Below are positions 36,841 to 48,927 of a DNA stretch of 64,000 nucleotides, piece after piece (the first letter of the stretch is position 1; every line of letters begins with the position of its first letter). The DNA lies in assembly GCF_011386835.1 (NCBI RefSeq), contig NC_088794.1, positions 94,798,001 through 94,862,000 on the forward strand, in the 5' to 3' direction. Made by a program: the position numbers and the translations under genes. The notes below the pieces were generated by a model, which worked only from the letters and a program-made list of their open reading frames with translations, did not search any database and was not told the DNA's origin. This stretch comes from Chrysemys picta bellii (Eukaryota).

Positions 36841-37899
36841 AAAAACGTTCTTTTATCACATCAGAGCAAAGGCCTAGGTGCATAATTTAGTAAGTACATT
36901 GACCTTGGCAACAAGTTACAAATCTGGAAAAGGGGAAGCTTGTTTTTAAATAATATTGTATTAGGTGAATTTTCTCATTGTTTTTAGAATACTTTCCTGC
37001 TTGCGGTCTTCAATAATCATTTGGAAACTTGAAACTGAAATCAATTTTCTTGTTAACATTTCCCTCTCTCCAGGGTGCATAAAATCTCCTTTACTGCTGT
37101 AGGATTGCTTGTGAATCCTGACTTTGAATTTTTAAGCATCTGAAATCCATTCCCTTGTGTGCACCCCTCACACAATGCAACACGCTCACAAAAAAAATAG
37201 AGGAAGAAAAAATAGATCAAGTCATCAATTTAACAGAGTTCCGCTAAGATCCAGACTTCATGAATCTTTTAATAGTGTAATTTTCAGTCCTCTCTCTATT
37301 TTTATAATCTGAAATAGTCAGCACTCTTTTCACCAGTTGAATAGACTAAATTCAAATTATGGGTTTTGATTTTTCTGCCACATGCACATCCACAGTTGCA
37401 GCTGTTCTCTGAACATAAATTATAGCTGATTTACTATGCAGGAAATATGTTCTTTTAACCATCTGCTGCAGCCTACTAAGAACTCTGTATCTAATGCATT
37501 ACTCTGGGTTATCCATACTTCCAGCGTCTCTAAAGTTATTCAGATTTCTTCAGGGTGTATTCGAGCTCTCCTCATTCAGACAGACTTGAATTCAGCACCC
37601 TTTAAACCAGCACTCCTAACTATTTCTGCTATGGTTTTCTACGAACCCTTGAACTACAGTAATATTAAAGTACAACAGTGACAAGCCCAAAGATAGACAG
37701 ACGATATAAACCACAGCAGACGGGTAGCTTCTGGAGGAGCATTATCAACTTGAGTAAACTACCGTGTGTGTGTGTGTAACATTCAGATACGGGGAATCTA
37801 ATTAAACACTCCCCCTGGAATGCTGAGGCTCCAGTTTTGGAGCATCGCTAATGCACACAGTCTGCCAGGCCCAATCCGATTCGGGGGGTTGAGGGAGTG

Positions 37900-38960
37900 G
37901 GGATGAGATGGTGAGGAGGGGGCACGCAGACACCCATCCCAATCAGGGGAACACCGTACACACAAACACACACACGGCGCGGGAGGGGACTGGAGACAAC
38001 GAAGACGTACGTGCCCAGGCCCAGCGCGCTCAGGGATTAAAGGTGGGGGGCAGGTACTTAACCTGAGCGAGTACCAGCCGGAATTCGAACACGGCCAGGC
38101 CCAGCCCAATCAGGGTGCAGGAAGGGGAGGCGGGTACACACACACATACGTACCCGGGCCCAGCCCAAGCAGGGAGCGGTGAGGTCCCGCCACTAGCCAG
38201 GCTCAGTCTCGCTCCTCAAGCAGTCGTTCCCCGCTCCGTTTACCTGCCCCTGGCCGAGGCCGCCGGGCCGCGGCCGGCCCTCTCCCCTCAGCCTCCTCCT
38301 CTCACTCCGCCATCTTCCCCCGCTCACCTCGACCACCCGGCTGGGGGCTCAGGCGCCCGCCGCCTCCAGCCCCACCCACTCGAGAGCTAACCTATCGGGC
38401 ACCGCGTCGTCATCCTTCCGCCTTCGACGAGCATTGGTCAGTGGACGCATCCGTCAGAGGTACTTGGCGCCCGCCTGCAAAACTCTCTCCTCTGATTGGT
38501 CAGAAGAGGAACACCCTTTGGCGAAAGTATTGGTTACCCCGTGGGATAAGACCTCCCCTCTCACTCATTCTCTCACCCCTCCCCCGCACCTATATTTAAA
38601 GGGGCCGTTTCGAATTAAACGTGTGTTCCTGTGACTGCGATTCCAGCTGGCTGGCGCGTGGGAAAGGCACCGGGGGCGGGGCGGGGCGGGGCGGCACCGC
38701 TACTGGGGAGCGAGGTCATAGGACCGGAGCCCAGCCCTTACCGGAGGCGTCGAAGGTTATGGCGCCCCCCTCACCCAAGGCTGTTTTACCGCGAAAGCCC
38801 CACGCTGCCTAGAGCACGTGGAGCCAGCCCCGGGGGACCTGAGCTGTTCGCCCGCATGGGATTTGAACGTGTAGTACCACTAGCAGCGCCTGCCCCACCT
38901 TATCAGCTGGGACAGACATCCCGGAGCCGTCCTGGCAGCTAGGCCCGTATTCCCCTCAGT
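37900..38960 (-). promoter_or_regulatory. CpG island, putative Cyrano promoter
   Basis: The only long CpG-rich segment outside TEs. YY1-type motif AAGATGGCGG on - (38307-38316); three CCAAT boxes on - (38433, 38495, 38529); a (GGGGC)4 Sp1 array at 38672-38694. No protein-coding exon starts here. Confidence 0.85.
38244..38340 (-). ncRNA. OIP5-AS1: Candidate Cyrano exon 1 (TSS approximate)
   Basis: Contains GAAGATGGCGGAGT, matching my recollection of the 5' end of human OIP5-AS1. Donor GGCAG|gtaaac at 38244/38243; other donors at about 38062 and 38328. Confidence 0.55.
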
Positions 38961-39299
38961 GATAATACGAGGGAGGGGTAAAATTATGCGCACTTGTGCC
39001 CCATTCCCTCCTTTTATAAAAAAAAAAAAAGCTAAAGCTAAATCCTAGATTGGCTCTCTGCTAGTTTTTCCACAGGAACGCCCCTGGGTTGTTTTAGACC
39101 TTTACCCACTGTCTAAAATACAGTTGTCCTGATTACTCTAGACAAAAAGTGTTAATTTTTTTAAGTATATCAAAAGTAGGAAGCCTGCCAAACAATCAGT
39201 AGGGCTACTGGACAATCAAGGCACTAAATAAGTACTCAAGGAAGATAATGAAATTGTGGGAAAGTTAAATTAATTATTTCCCTTGGTCTTCACTGCAGA

Positions 39300-40330
39300 G
39301 GACCTAAGGGAGACTCCTATACCTGTCATTCTTTTTCAGTGACAAAGGTGAGGAACTGTCCCAGATTGAGGCATCAATGGAGGTGGTTTTAGAACAGACT
39401 GAAATTAAATAGTAATAAATCACCAGGACCAGATTGCCTCTGAAGCATCTTCCACTGGAACACCATTATCAGAAGACACTGGGATAGATGGATAATTAGT
39501 CTGACCCAATATGGCCATTCTTATGAATCCACCATGGTCGGTGGTAATTTGTTCCCATGGTTAAATTAACCTCATTGTTAAAAATGTGTGCTTACTTTCT
39601 GATTGGAATGCATCTGGTTTCAACTTCCAGCCATTGGTTCTTGTTATGCTCTTCTATATTAGATTAGAGCACTTTTAGAATGCTGTATTCTCTCCCCAGG
39701 AAGATATTTCTACACCAATCAAACCATGCCACCCCTCAATCTTTTTTGATAAGCTTATCAGAATGAGGTGTCAGTCTCTCATTGTAAAGCATTTTCTCTA
39801 GCCCTCAAAAATCACTTGAGTCTTTCCAGTTTTTCCAACATCCTTTTTTAAAATGCAGACACCAGAACTATACATGCTATTCTAGTATCAGGATCAATGC
39901 TATAAACAGAAAATCTTCCTACTCACTACTTCCATTTATACATCCAAGAATTATTTTAACCTTTTGGACACACAAAGCAGTAAGGGCTTATGTTGAGTTA
40001 CTTGTCCACTATGACTCAAATCCTTTTTAATCTCTGCTTTCCAAGATTCACTTCCGCCCTTCGATAGGTCTGGTCTGCATTCCTTGTTCCTAGGAATCCA
40101 ATTTTGTATTTAGCAGTATTAAAATGTATTATTTGAATAGGCCCAGGTTACTTAGCAATCCAGATAACTTGGTATGACTGCCCCATCCTCAACATTGTTT
40201 ATCACTGTCATCTGCAAATGTAGTGATTTTATATTTACTTCCAAATCATTGATGAAAGTGCATCAGGCCTATTACTGATCCTGCATAACCCCACTAAAAA
40301 CAGACCCATTTGATGATTTGCCCTTGACAA
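39300..40330. mobile_element. Old CR1/L3-like LINE fragments in both orientations
   Basis: + strand CR1 tail ..gtctgacccaatatggccattcttatg (about 39500-39525); - strand RT/3' relics at 39580-40260. Confidence 0.5.
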
Positions 40331-40398
40331 CTGGTAGTGTAGTGCTGTTTTTTAATCAGTGTGTCATCTGGTACTAAATAGGTCTAAGAATCTCAGAA

Positions 40399-40620
40399 CA
40401 TATCTACCCCGATATAACGCGACCCAATATAACATGAATTTGGATAGAACACAGTAAAGCCGCGCTTGGGGGGGGGGGGGGGGCGGGGGGGAGAGAAGAG
40501 GGGGACACGACATGGCTGCACACTCTGGCGGATCAAAGCAAGTTTGATTAACATGGTTTCACCTTTAACACAGGAAGATTGTTTGGCTCCCAAGGACAGC
40601 GTTATATCGGGGTAGAGGTG
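40399..40620 (+). mobile_element. Tc1/mariner MITE, same family as 26703
   Basis: TIRs ..TCTACCCCGATATAACG / CGTTATATCGGGGTAGAGGTG followed by TA. Confidence 0.82.
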
Positions 40621-40803
40621 TATATTGTATCTATGCAGTTATCACCTAAAATTGTCATTTCCTCACAGAATGAAACCAGGGTAGATGAGCTTTCCCTGCT
40701 CCTGCGCTCCAGCCGGGGAGCGGGGTTGGGGGCTTGCCCTGCTCCCTGTGGCTCCCAGGAAGCAGCCGGCAAGACACCCCCTTCCCCCGGCTCCTACGTA
40801 ATG

Positions 40804-41019
40804 CAGGTCTGTCGCATCTTACGTGCATTTAACATGCGCAAATTCAGCTTTACGCGGTCAGCAAAAACAAAATAAAAAGAAGAAAAATAATTTAAATACT
40901 ATTCCTGCAGTGCTGGCGATTCCACCCACCATTACATTCAGTGTAATTTTGACTATATGCAGTTTTCGCTTTAGGCGCTGACCGTGGAACGTAACCCCAG
41001 CGTAAGATAGACAGACCTG
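40804..41019. mobile_element. Tc1/mariner MITE
   Basis: TIRs CAGGTCTGTCGCATCTTACG / CGTAAGATAGACAGACCTG followed by TA. Confidence 0.72.
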
Positions 41020-41039
41020 TACACGCAGGCGCAGCCACG

Positions 41040-41697
41040 CGGTTCTGTGCGGTGCCCCGCCTGCAGGCACTGCCCCCGCAGCTCCCATTGGCCATGGCTC
41101 CCGGCCAATGGGAGCTACAGGAGTGGTGCCTGTGGATGTGGCAGCGTGCAGAAACACCTTGCCATGCCTCTCAGCCCGAGAGGGGACATGCTTCCGGAAG
41201 CTGCTTGCTAAGCGCCACCCGGAGCCTGCACCTGAGCCCTCCGCCCCAGCGCCCCAATCCCCTGCCACAACACTGATCCCCCTCCCACCCTCCAAACCCC
41301 TCAATCCCAGCCCAGAGCCCTCTCTTGTACCTCAAGTCCCTCACCTCCCCCCATGCCCCATCAGCCTGTCCCATCCCTGATCCCCCTTCCCACCCTCCGA
41401 ACCCACTGGTCCCAGCCCGGAGCACTTTCCTGCACCCCAGCCCCACCGAAGCCTGCACCCCCAGCCCCAGCTGAGCCCCCTCCAGCACCCCAAAACCCAC
41501 ATCCCAGAGCCCTCACACCCCATGCCCCAACCCAGAGCCCCCTCCCACACCCTGAACTCATTTGTGGTCCCAGCCCAGAGCCTATACCCCCAGCCGGAGC
41601 TCTCACCCCTACCCCCAATTTCATGAGCATTTATGGCCCGCCATACAATTTCCATACCCCAATGTGGCCCTCAGGCCAAAAAGTTTGCCCACCCCTG
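41040..41697. mobile_element. hAT non-autonomous element, one end truncated
   Basis: Ends ggccctcaggccaaaaagtttgcccacccctg; C-rich cccagcccagagccc internal repeats resemble those of the 52780 element. Confidence 0.65.
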
Positions 41698-41795
41698 AAC
41701 TAGTGGGATGGTGACAGGAAGGAAGAAAGGATAGTTTAGAACAGTGGAGAGATTAGTATAAAGCAGTAGGCTCAAGTTACTTACATGGGTAAGTA

Positions 41796-41990
41796 CACCT
41801 CTACCTCGATATAACACTGTCCTCGGGAGCCAAAAAAAAAAAATCTTCCTGCGTTATAGGTGAAACCGCGTTATATTGAACTTGTTTTGATCCGCCGGAG
41901 TGCGCAGCCCCACCCCCCCCAGAGCGCTGCTTTACCACTTTATATCAGAATGTGTGTTATATCGGGTCGCATTATATTGGGGTAGAGATG
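41796..41990 (-). mobile_element. Tc1/mariner MITE, same family as 40399 but inverted
   Basis: TA-CACCTCTACCTCGATATAAC ... ATTATATTGGGGTAGAGATG-TA; internal order is reversed relative to the 26703 and 40399 copies. Confidence 0.82.
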
Positions 41991-42691
41991 TACTGCAAGT
42001 CTTCCTTTTAACCAATGCCCTATTATGGAGCTGAGGCTTAGAATAACATTTCTCTCAGTTTGAACTTCCTTGCAGGGTGGATAGGATGGCAAATGACAGC
42101 TTGTTTCAAAGTCATGACTGCTTCAATTAATTACAGGATTTTTCATAGATAATCTTCTTGAACAAAGGAGATCACTTTAGGTTTCTTTCTGAAGTGTGTA
42201 GAATCAGACTAACTGTAGAGCCTAACAGCAACCTGTGCAAGTGAAATGAATATTAAAGAAATAGAATGAATTAAAGAATGCTGTATGTTCCTTTAAGTAG
42301 AAATGAGAAATGCTACAATCCAGGTGTCAGGAAAGCAGACATTAACTGTTAATCAGTTGCTCCACTTAAGGGCGATTGGTGAAGCATTAGCCTTAGATCG
42401 ATAAGAGTTAATAAGGAAGCAGGATATGCATATTGTGCCCCAGGCAAATTTTACAATTTTGCTCTCTCTGACCCTTTGTTTAGTTTGCACCCTTTTATCT
42501 GTATAAATAAGACTGTTTGAATCTTGCATGGTGCTCACATTATCTGAGTGTTATTAGCAGAGTGCTGTGCTAGTAAAACAGAGTGATCTGACAAACTGAG
42601 TCCTGAGTCTAACTTTGACAAACCTTAAGATTGTTCTACAGGGAACAGAGACCGTCACCACCACACAGGCACAATTTTTACAGTGAAGAGG

Positions 42692-42697
42692 TTTATT
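42692..42697 (-). terminator. Candidate CHP1 poly(A) signal (3'UTR about 2 kb, roughly 42675-44657)
   Basis: AATAAA on -, followed after about 20 nt by GT-rich ttgtgcctgtgtggtggtg. Confidence 0.6.
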
Positions 42698-44657
42698 TAT
42701 GGATTGATAAATACAGTATATGAACTCATTGGGACAATAAGGCACAACTGTTGACTACAACTACACAGGCAGAAGAAAAAGAGAAACACCTACTTTTAAA
42801 TAAGCAAATCAAAGCCTATAAAATCTTGTGTACCTTTCCATGTTAATATTGTCACATTCCTTTCCTTTTTACAATTCCTATTTTACATAATATGGTCATA
42901 AAACCAGAATGTTTCCTTCTTGTACCGAACAGAAATCTTTTACATTTCTCCAGCCTTACTACTAAATTGCAGTCTGAAAATTTCAAAGTGCAACATTTCT
43001 TTCTGCAATTCAATTAAAAACAGTGTCTGAAGAATCCACTGAAGGATTCTTTAATATAATTGAGTAAAGGAACTAAAGAAATCAATTTGAGGGTTGAATC
43101 TTAGCTCAATACTTACAGAAACTTATGTTAACACATGATGTAGAGGTGGGTGGAAGCACTTAAACACTGATTCTTCAATAGAGAAGGACCTCCAGGCCAA
43201 TTCAAGACACTCCACCTGTACTGGTTGTCAGATCATTTGTTGACTTATCCACATAGTGCACAAAAAGCTGTGTAGCCAATGAATTTGGAGGTTTACAGCT
43301 GGACACATTCATTGCTTTTGATTCTTGATTTAATATAGTCTTGCTGTTAAGTTTTTAATTTAAAAATAGTTATCCTTTCAGTTGTGTTAGTTTCATAAAG
43401 ATTTGTGCAAAGTATCTGATCAGAATATTATATTCTAAAATCTCACCTTTTAATCTGAATTGGGATATATTAGGCAGTTCCCTAAAAACACTTGTATCTA
43501 AACTTTCATGAAAGTGTTCCAAGTGCAGCTAAACTAACACCTACAGTGCAGATCCACCAGCCAGGGTGGGGCTCTGATAGATGTTAAAAAAAAAAAATCA
43601 TTGGTTTTCAAATTATCCAAGGATTAGTATGAAAGCAGCACAAGGTGTCATTAGTGTTATCACCACTGGACGGTGACAATGACATGAAATCAAGAAAAGT
43701 AGCCATGCACAAAGTTTGAATGATAAACACTGGTAAATAAATCTGCACTAATTAAAGCAATAAGTTGTGATGGTGGAGGTATGAGTGCCCTGTGGGAAGG
43801 AACGGTCATACAGAAAAGCAACCTAGGGAGGGGTGCTTTGTGGTCCACTGGCAGTCAGAGCCTGCAAGCTTAAGGAAAACACCCACTTCTGCACCTGGTA
43901 CTGGGGTCGTTTGAGGTTATGAATTACAGTGTGGAGTCCAGTTTGTTCCACAGAAGTTGCAACCTGCAATCATGACAGATTCCTCTCACCCCTGTGGATT
44001 AATTCCAAAGAATTCAGTCATAGCATTTGAGACTGCTCAGACCTGCCACTACTCCCAATCCTACAGTCCTGCAAAAGAAGCCACAGGACTTAAATTAATC
44101 ATTTAAGATAGCTCTAAAGGGCAGATCTGGAAAGAGGGAAGAAAGTTCTTGAAAAAAAAACAAGTGGGGAGCAAAAAAAATACAGCTCTGTTGTACTAGC
44201 ATGGGAGGGAATAAGGCAGTGCTACTCTGACACCTACCACTTACTGAAGGAATGATTTAGCTGAGGTTTGTTTCACACTATACACTACTCCCAGTAAAAA
44301 AATTCAGATGGCTTTTCTGTGGGATATTACCCCCTCTTGGCTTCCCAGATGTAGAGCTCCAGAAGAATAAGTCTGCAGCAGCAATACATAGGAAGGAAAG
44401 GCAATCACAGTCATACAGCAATGGAGAGGAAGAATCTGAAATAGGGAATTTTTAATGCTTCATTCCGAGCTGCACTGCAGCCACTTCCCTTTGTTCCTGC
44501 TACACAGGGAATATTCACCTTGGTGGAACAAGCTGGTGAGGGGTTGCAGATGTGTTTTCCATGCACCAGTAACAACACACTAAGGAAAGATGATGGGGAG
44601 AAAATGGTGTTCTAGTCCTTAGAAATTAGGAGTGGTAAGAAATGGGTCTCCCATCCA

Positions 44658-44711
44658 TCAGTGAAGAAATCGAATGCTCATTTTCTGCTCTACATCCACC
44701 TTCTCCAAAAC
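44658..44711 (-). CDS. CHP1: CHP1 last coding exon: VLEKVDVEQKMSIRFLH*
   Basis: Acceptor ttattgcag|GTT; TGA at 44660-44658; matches the CHP1 C-terminus. Confidence 0.96.
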   Translation of the reverse strand, partial: VLEKVDVEQKMSIRFLH

Positions 44712-45035
44712 CTGCAATAAAACCCAGAGACAGCTGGTTAAGTCACTTATGTACACAGTTCTGTTCCAGTTAAAATGTTGAATGATATTAAAAAGCAAGC
44801 AAGAGGAGTATGGGGCAGCCTGGCAAGCCATTCATTCATCTGGAGGCTGCTAATGCTGTGCCCCAGAAGCTAAGCTTTCCTTTTAAAAATTAAGAAAACC
44901 ACAATGAGAATTAAGTGTAACTCATCTAGCAATATCAATCTCCAGACAGCCAGAAACCGCTAAGAGAAGTGTGGACTATCCTCATTTGTTAGAGGTTGTT
45001 AACCTTTAACTCACGTGACAAGTATGAACACTGCA

Positions 45036-45395
45036 CAGTAGAACCTCCGAGTTATGAACACCAGTTACACAAACTGACTGGTCAATCACACTCCTCATTT
45101 GGAACCAGAAGTACGCATCAGGCAGCAGCAAAAACAGGCAAATATAGTACAGTACTGTGTTAAACTACTAAAAAAATGAAGTTTAAAAAAGATTTGACAA
45201 GGAAAGGAAATGGTTTCTGTGCTTGTTTCATTTAAATTAAGATGTCTGAAAGCATTTTTCTTCTGCATAGTCAAGTTTCAAAGTTGTATTAAGTCAATGT
45301 TCAGTTGTAAACTTCTGAAAGAATAAACATAACATTTTGTTCAGAGTTATGAACATCCTCCATTCCTGGAGGTGTAAGTAACTGAGGTTCTACCG
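45036..45395. mobile_element. Tigger-like MITE
   Basis: TIRs CAGTAGAACCTC / GAGGTTCTACCG followed by TA. Confidence 0.72.
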
Positions 45396-46077
45396 TATTT
45401 CACTACTGGACAAGGCATAAGGACTGGTCTACATCAGGAATTTGACTGGCACAGATAGTGTAGAAGAATAATTACTCTGCTTTAGTTATGCTAGTATAAT
45501 TCCCCTGTGTGACTATTTAAGAATATGGAGTAATTATTCTGCTATAACTGTGCCAGTCAATTTCACCATGTAGGCAAACCTCAAGGAATGAAGTGGATTA
45601 TCCTTTTCTGATCTAGTGTGATTAGAGTCTCACTCTGGGATCTCAAGTGGACCTTGGAAGACCACCACTGTTTTTTCCCTAGTTTGACTCCTGGCAAAGG
45701 CTATTTAACTCTCTCCCACAAGGAAGTTACCCTTGTGGTGGGCCTCTTGCCTGCAAATCTACTTGACTGAAAATTCAAAACAGATCCAGCTACATAACCT
45801 CAGAAGAAAAAGCTGGCAGAAGAAGAGGTATATAGGCTGATTATGAGTGATTATACACTGACAGCACAGCCCCAGAAGTGAACCCTGCCCTTCAAGAGGC
45901 TATGATCTCATTCTCTCTGCTAGGGCACAGGGGAATCATGATATACTGGGAAGGGCTGCTATAATAAATGCAAAAGTGAAGAGTAGTATCTTTTTGGCTC
46001 ATTTCCAACTGTTTATGTGACTGCTCAGTGATGACCACGTTCAATCACTTCTGTTATTCAAAAGGTTAATTCCCGAC

Positions 46078-46200
46078 CTTGACAAACTCTGTGAAGGAGA
46101 TGGCACTATCTCCATCCTGATCGGCCTCCTGGATTGTCCTGTCAGCAATACTGCCCAGCTGCTCGTCTGAAATGTTTACACCAACCATCATCCGCAATAC
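46078..46200 (-). CDS. CHP1: CHP1 exon 6 (123 nt): [41 protein letters not shown]
   Basis: cag|GTA acceptor and AAG|gtcggg donor; EF-hand [13 protein letters not shown]. Confidence 0.97.
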
Positions 46201-47556
46201 CTGCAAGATACAAAAACCCCAGGAAGTCTGAATATCCCCTTTAATAACCTTTAAGTTAAGAGTGTTATGGGAAGATGATTCTGAAAGTCTCGTGCAGAGT
46301 TTATTCACAGTACTCGGAACTAGGATACCATCCAAGTACCAACCCTGTATAGGCAGAACTCAGGAAGACCCTTGTTAACTGTCTGGAAATGTTTTCTATG
46401 ATCAAGATTTTCAGTTCCTTTTGTACACCAAACCTATTGGCCAAAACTGCCTCCACACAAATACAAGATATACTAGGGTGCCTTTGTGCACCCCCTGAAC
46501 ACAAGTGCTAGCTTCTTCCTCATTCCCAAAAAAGTGGAATTCAAAATGGCTCCTACAAAGTGAGTGAACAGGATTCTCGGAAGTTTCAACTATTTTTCAC
46601 AAGATTGACAACTGCTTGATTTGACCTTTCACTGTTTAGGATTGTTTGGTTGCTTTCTGAAGCCTTGCAAGTTGCAAACAGGCAATCAAAACTGGACTAG
46701 TCAGCTCTTCTCCTTCCTGCCAGTTTGTAAGGTGCTTTTCTGTGCTGCAGACAGAAGTGAGCACTTTTGATCAAATGCAGTTCCTTGCTCAAGGTGAGCC
46801 ACAAATTACTATGTCTACTTGGCAGGATTAGTAGAATGCAGTTACTCCCAACTCAAATCTAGCCTGATATGCACATCCATGCCATTACAGTAATGATTTC
46901 TTGTTGCTTTTCTCCATCGAGGAGGAAGGCAACAAAAGCTTTATCCCCATGGGAAAGAACTGGTCAGATACTAATCCACCTCAAAAAACAGACTCTTATC
47001 TAGTCTTTTTGTCCCTGCCATAAAAACTAAGTATGGTGTTTTTTTGTAGTGGCAGGTTACATCTGCTGATGTCTTTGTTCCAATGGAAGTATAGTCATCC
47101 ATAAATAATCAAACATGTTAAAAGTTAACTTAATACTCTGTTGAAATTTCTGATGGAGTAGGAAGTCTATGCTCTTAACGGAAATTGAAAGACAAAAGTC
47201 ACCACATATTTGAAGCTATAGGTAGGCAGAGTCCAGTCAGCCATACATTTTAGAATGGTCTGTAAGACTGGTCTAACCACGGTCACTTGCAGATGCATTA
47301 ACTATTGGATCAAAGGCTGCCATTCGACATTTTCCATATTCTGAAGCTGTTTTAGGTGAATGGCACTTTTTTTTGGGAAAGGTCACCCAAGTACCAATAA
47401 AATCTTTCACAAGTTATCAATGCAATGAGCATGTCAACTTCATTCTTTTACAAAAAGCATTCATAGGGAAAATTTAAGGGTTAAAGTTGCAAGCTAGATC
47501 GTCTAAAGACCAACAGACTCATTTTAAGTCCCATGTTAGCCCATAGTGCTCTTTAC

Positions 47557-47618
47557 CTGAAGCAGCTCATCTCGGGATATCTTGTCATCTTTATCCAGGT
47601 CATATAGTCGAAAAGCAA
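47557..47618 (-). CDS. CHP1: CHP1 exon 5 (62 nt): FAFRLYDLDKDDKISRDELLQ
   Basis: cctctag|TT acceptor and CAG|gtaaag donor; EF-hand loop DLDKDDKISRDE. Confidence 0.97.
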
Positions 47619-48799
47619 CTAGAGGGAAGGTGAGAATGAGTCAACTGAGTTCAGGTACTATTTGTTCATCTTCCCCATCCACATATGTAAACTTAAATGT
47701 TATGCAGTCAAAAACACTGTTGTCTCAAAGCTGGCAGCAATGTAGGTGTTGGGTCATTTTATAATGACTGTTGATGTAAATATTAGGCTACAGCTTTTAT
47801 ATGATCCTGTTAAAAATGTTTTATTGAATTATATAATTCAGAGTTCCCACCTACCATGAAAATCAGTTTGCTCCTGCAATTTGCCAGTGTCAATATATAT
47901 AGTCCTCTTCAGAGGATTGCACATTATTGTCAAGAGACAACAGCCACTTAGAAATTACCTTTCAAGATCAAACCAGTAGTCCATCTAATTGAGTACCCAG
48001 CATGACAGTGGTCAGTACTAGATTTACAGGAAGTCAAGAGCGTCCCTAATGGACAATTCTATAAATAGCCTGCTTGCAGGGGAAGTTTCTTTCTAACTCT
48101 GAAGCATGAGAGTTTATCTATCCCTCCTAAATGTATTTAATTCTTTAATTCCATAAGGAATCTTCTTTGCACTGTTACTTCTCTGACTGGCCTACACTTT
48201 GCCTGAAGTATATGGTCAAATCAGAGCCTAGAATGCGGATCAGAAGACTGTGCAGACTATCTAGGAAAGTGGATTACTCCTATATACACTTTGACCATAT
48301 GCTTCAAGCAGAGTAAGGAACAATCATGAGGGGAGAGTGGGATGGAGGTGTGAAGCTGAGTGGCAATACCACATCACATGAAGGACTAGAGAAATAGCAA
48401 GTGGTATGAGGAAGGGAACTGGAAGGCCCATTCCAGGGAGCATCTCTCAGAACTGCTTTGACACCACAGCATCCTATCATGAGACATTTAGGAAAGAGCT
48501 GAAATTAGTCCAGCATAATCAAGTCTCCAGTGAGCTATGAGAATCCCTGTAAGTAACTCTCTTTTACTGAGCTTCAACATATCCCAGTAGCTTCTGAAAG
48601 GTCTATGGCAGCCTCTGTTACAATCTACTACTTACAGGTTTTACTAAGTCAGTTTGTGTTTAAAAATAAGTACTGCAGTATGTCAGTTCAGACAGTGTCT
48701 TTGTGTAGGGTCACTCTCTCAGGAAACATAAGGGTGGAAGACTAAAGAGAGGCAGGAGGCCAAGGAATGGAATTGTCCAGGTAGACTGAAGTTCCTTAC

Positions 48800-48927
48800 A
48801 GTGCAGCTTGTTACTCCTGCTGTTGAGTGGTTCTGGTCCATTCTGGTCTTTGCTTTTTTCATTATCTTCAATGGGTCGGAAGTGGGCCAAAGTCCTCATG
48901 AATCCACGGAAATTCACCTGGTCCTCT
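48800..48927 (-). CDS. CHP1: CHP1 exon 4 (128 nt): EDQVNFRGFMRTLAHFRPIEDNEKSKDQNGPEPLNSRSNKLH
   Basis: atgcag|AG acceptor and CACT|gtaagg donor; CHP1-specific sequence. Confidence 0.97.

Noticed and set aside
38855-38875. tRNA gene suggested by a B-box-like GTTCAAATCC on -
   Set aside because: No A box or cloverleaf could be built; at most a SINE remnant.
40858-41703. Pro/Gly-rich ORFs of 100-150 aa
   Set aside because: They derive from C-rich internal repeats of MITEs; the same applies to 52764-53363.
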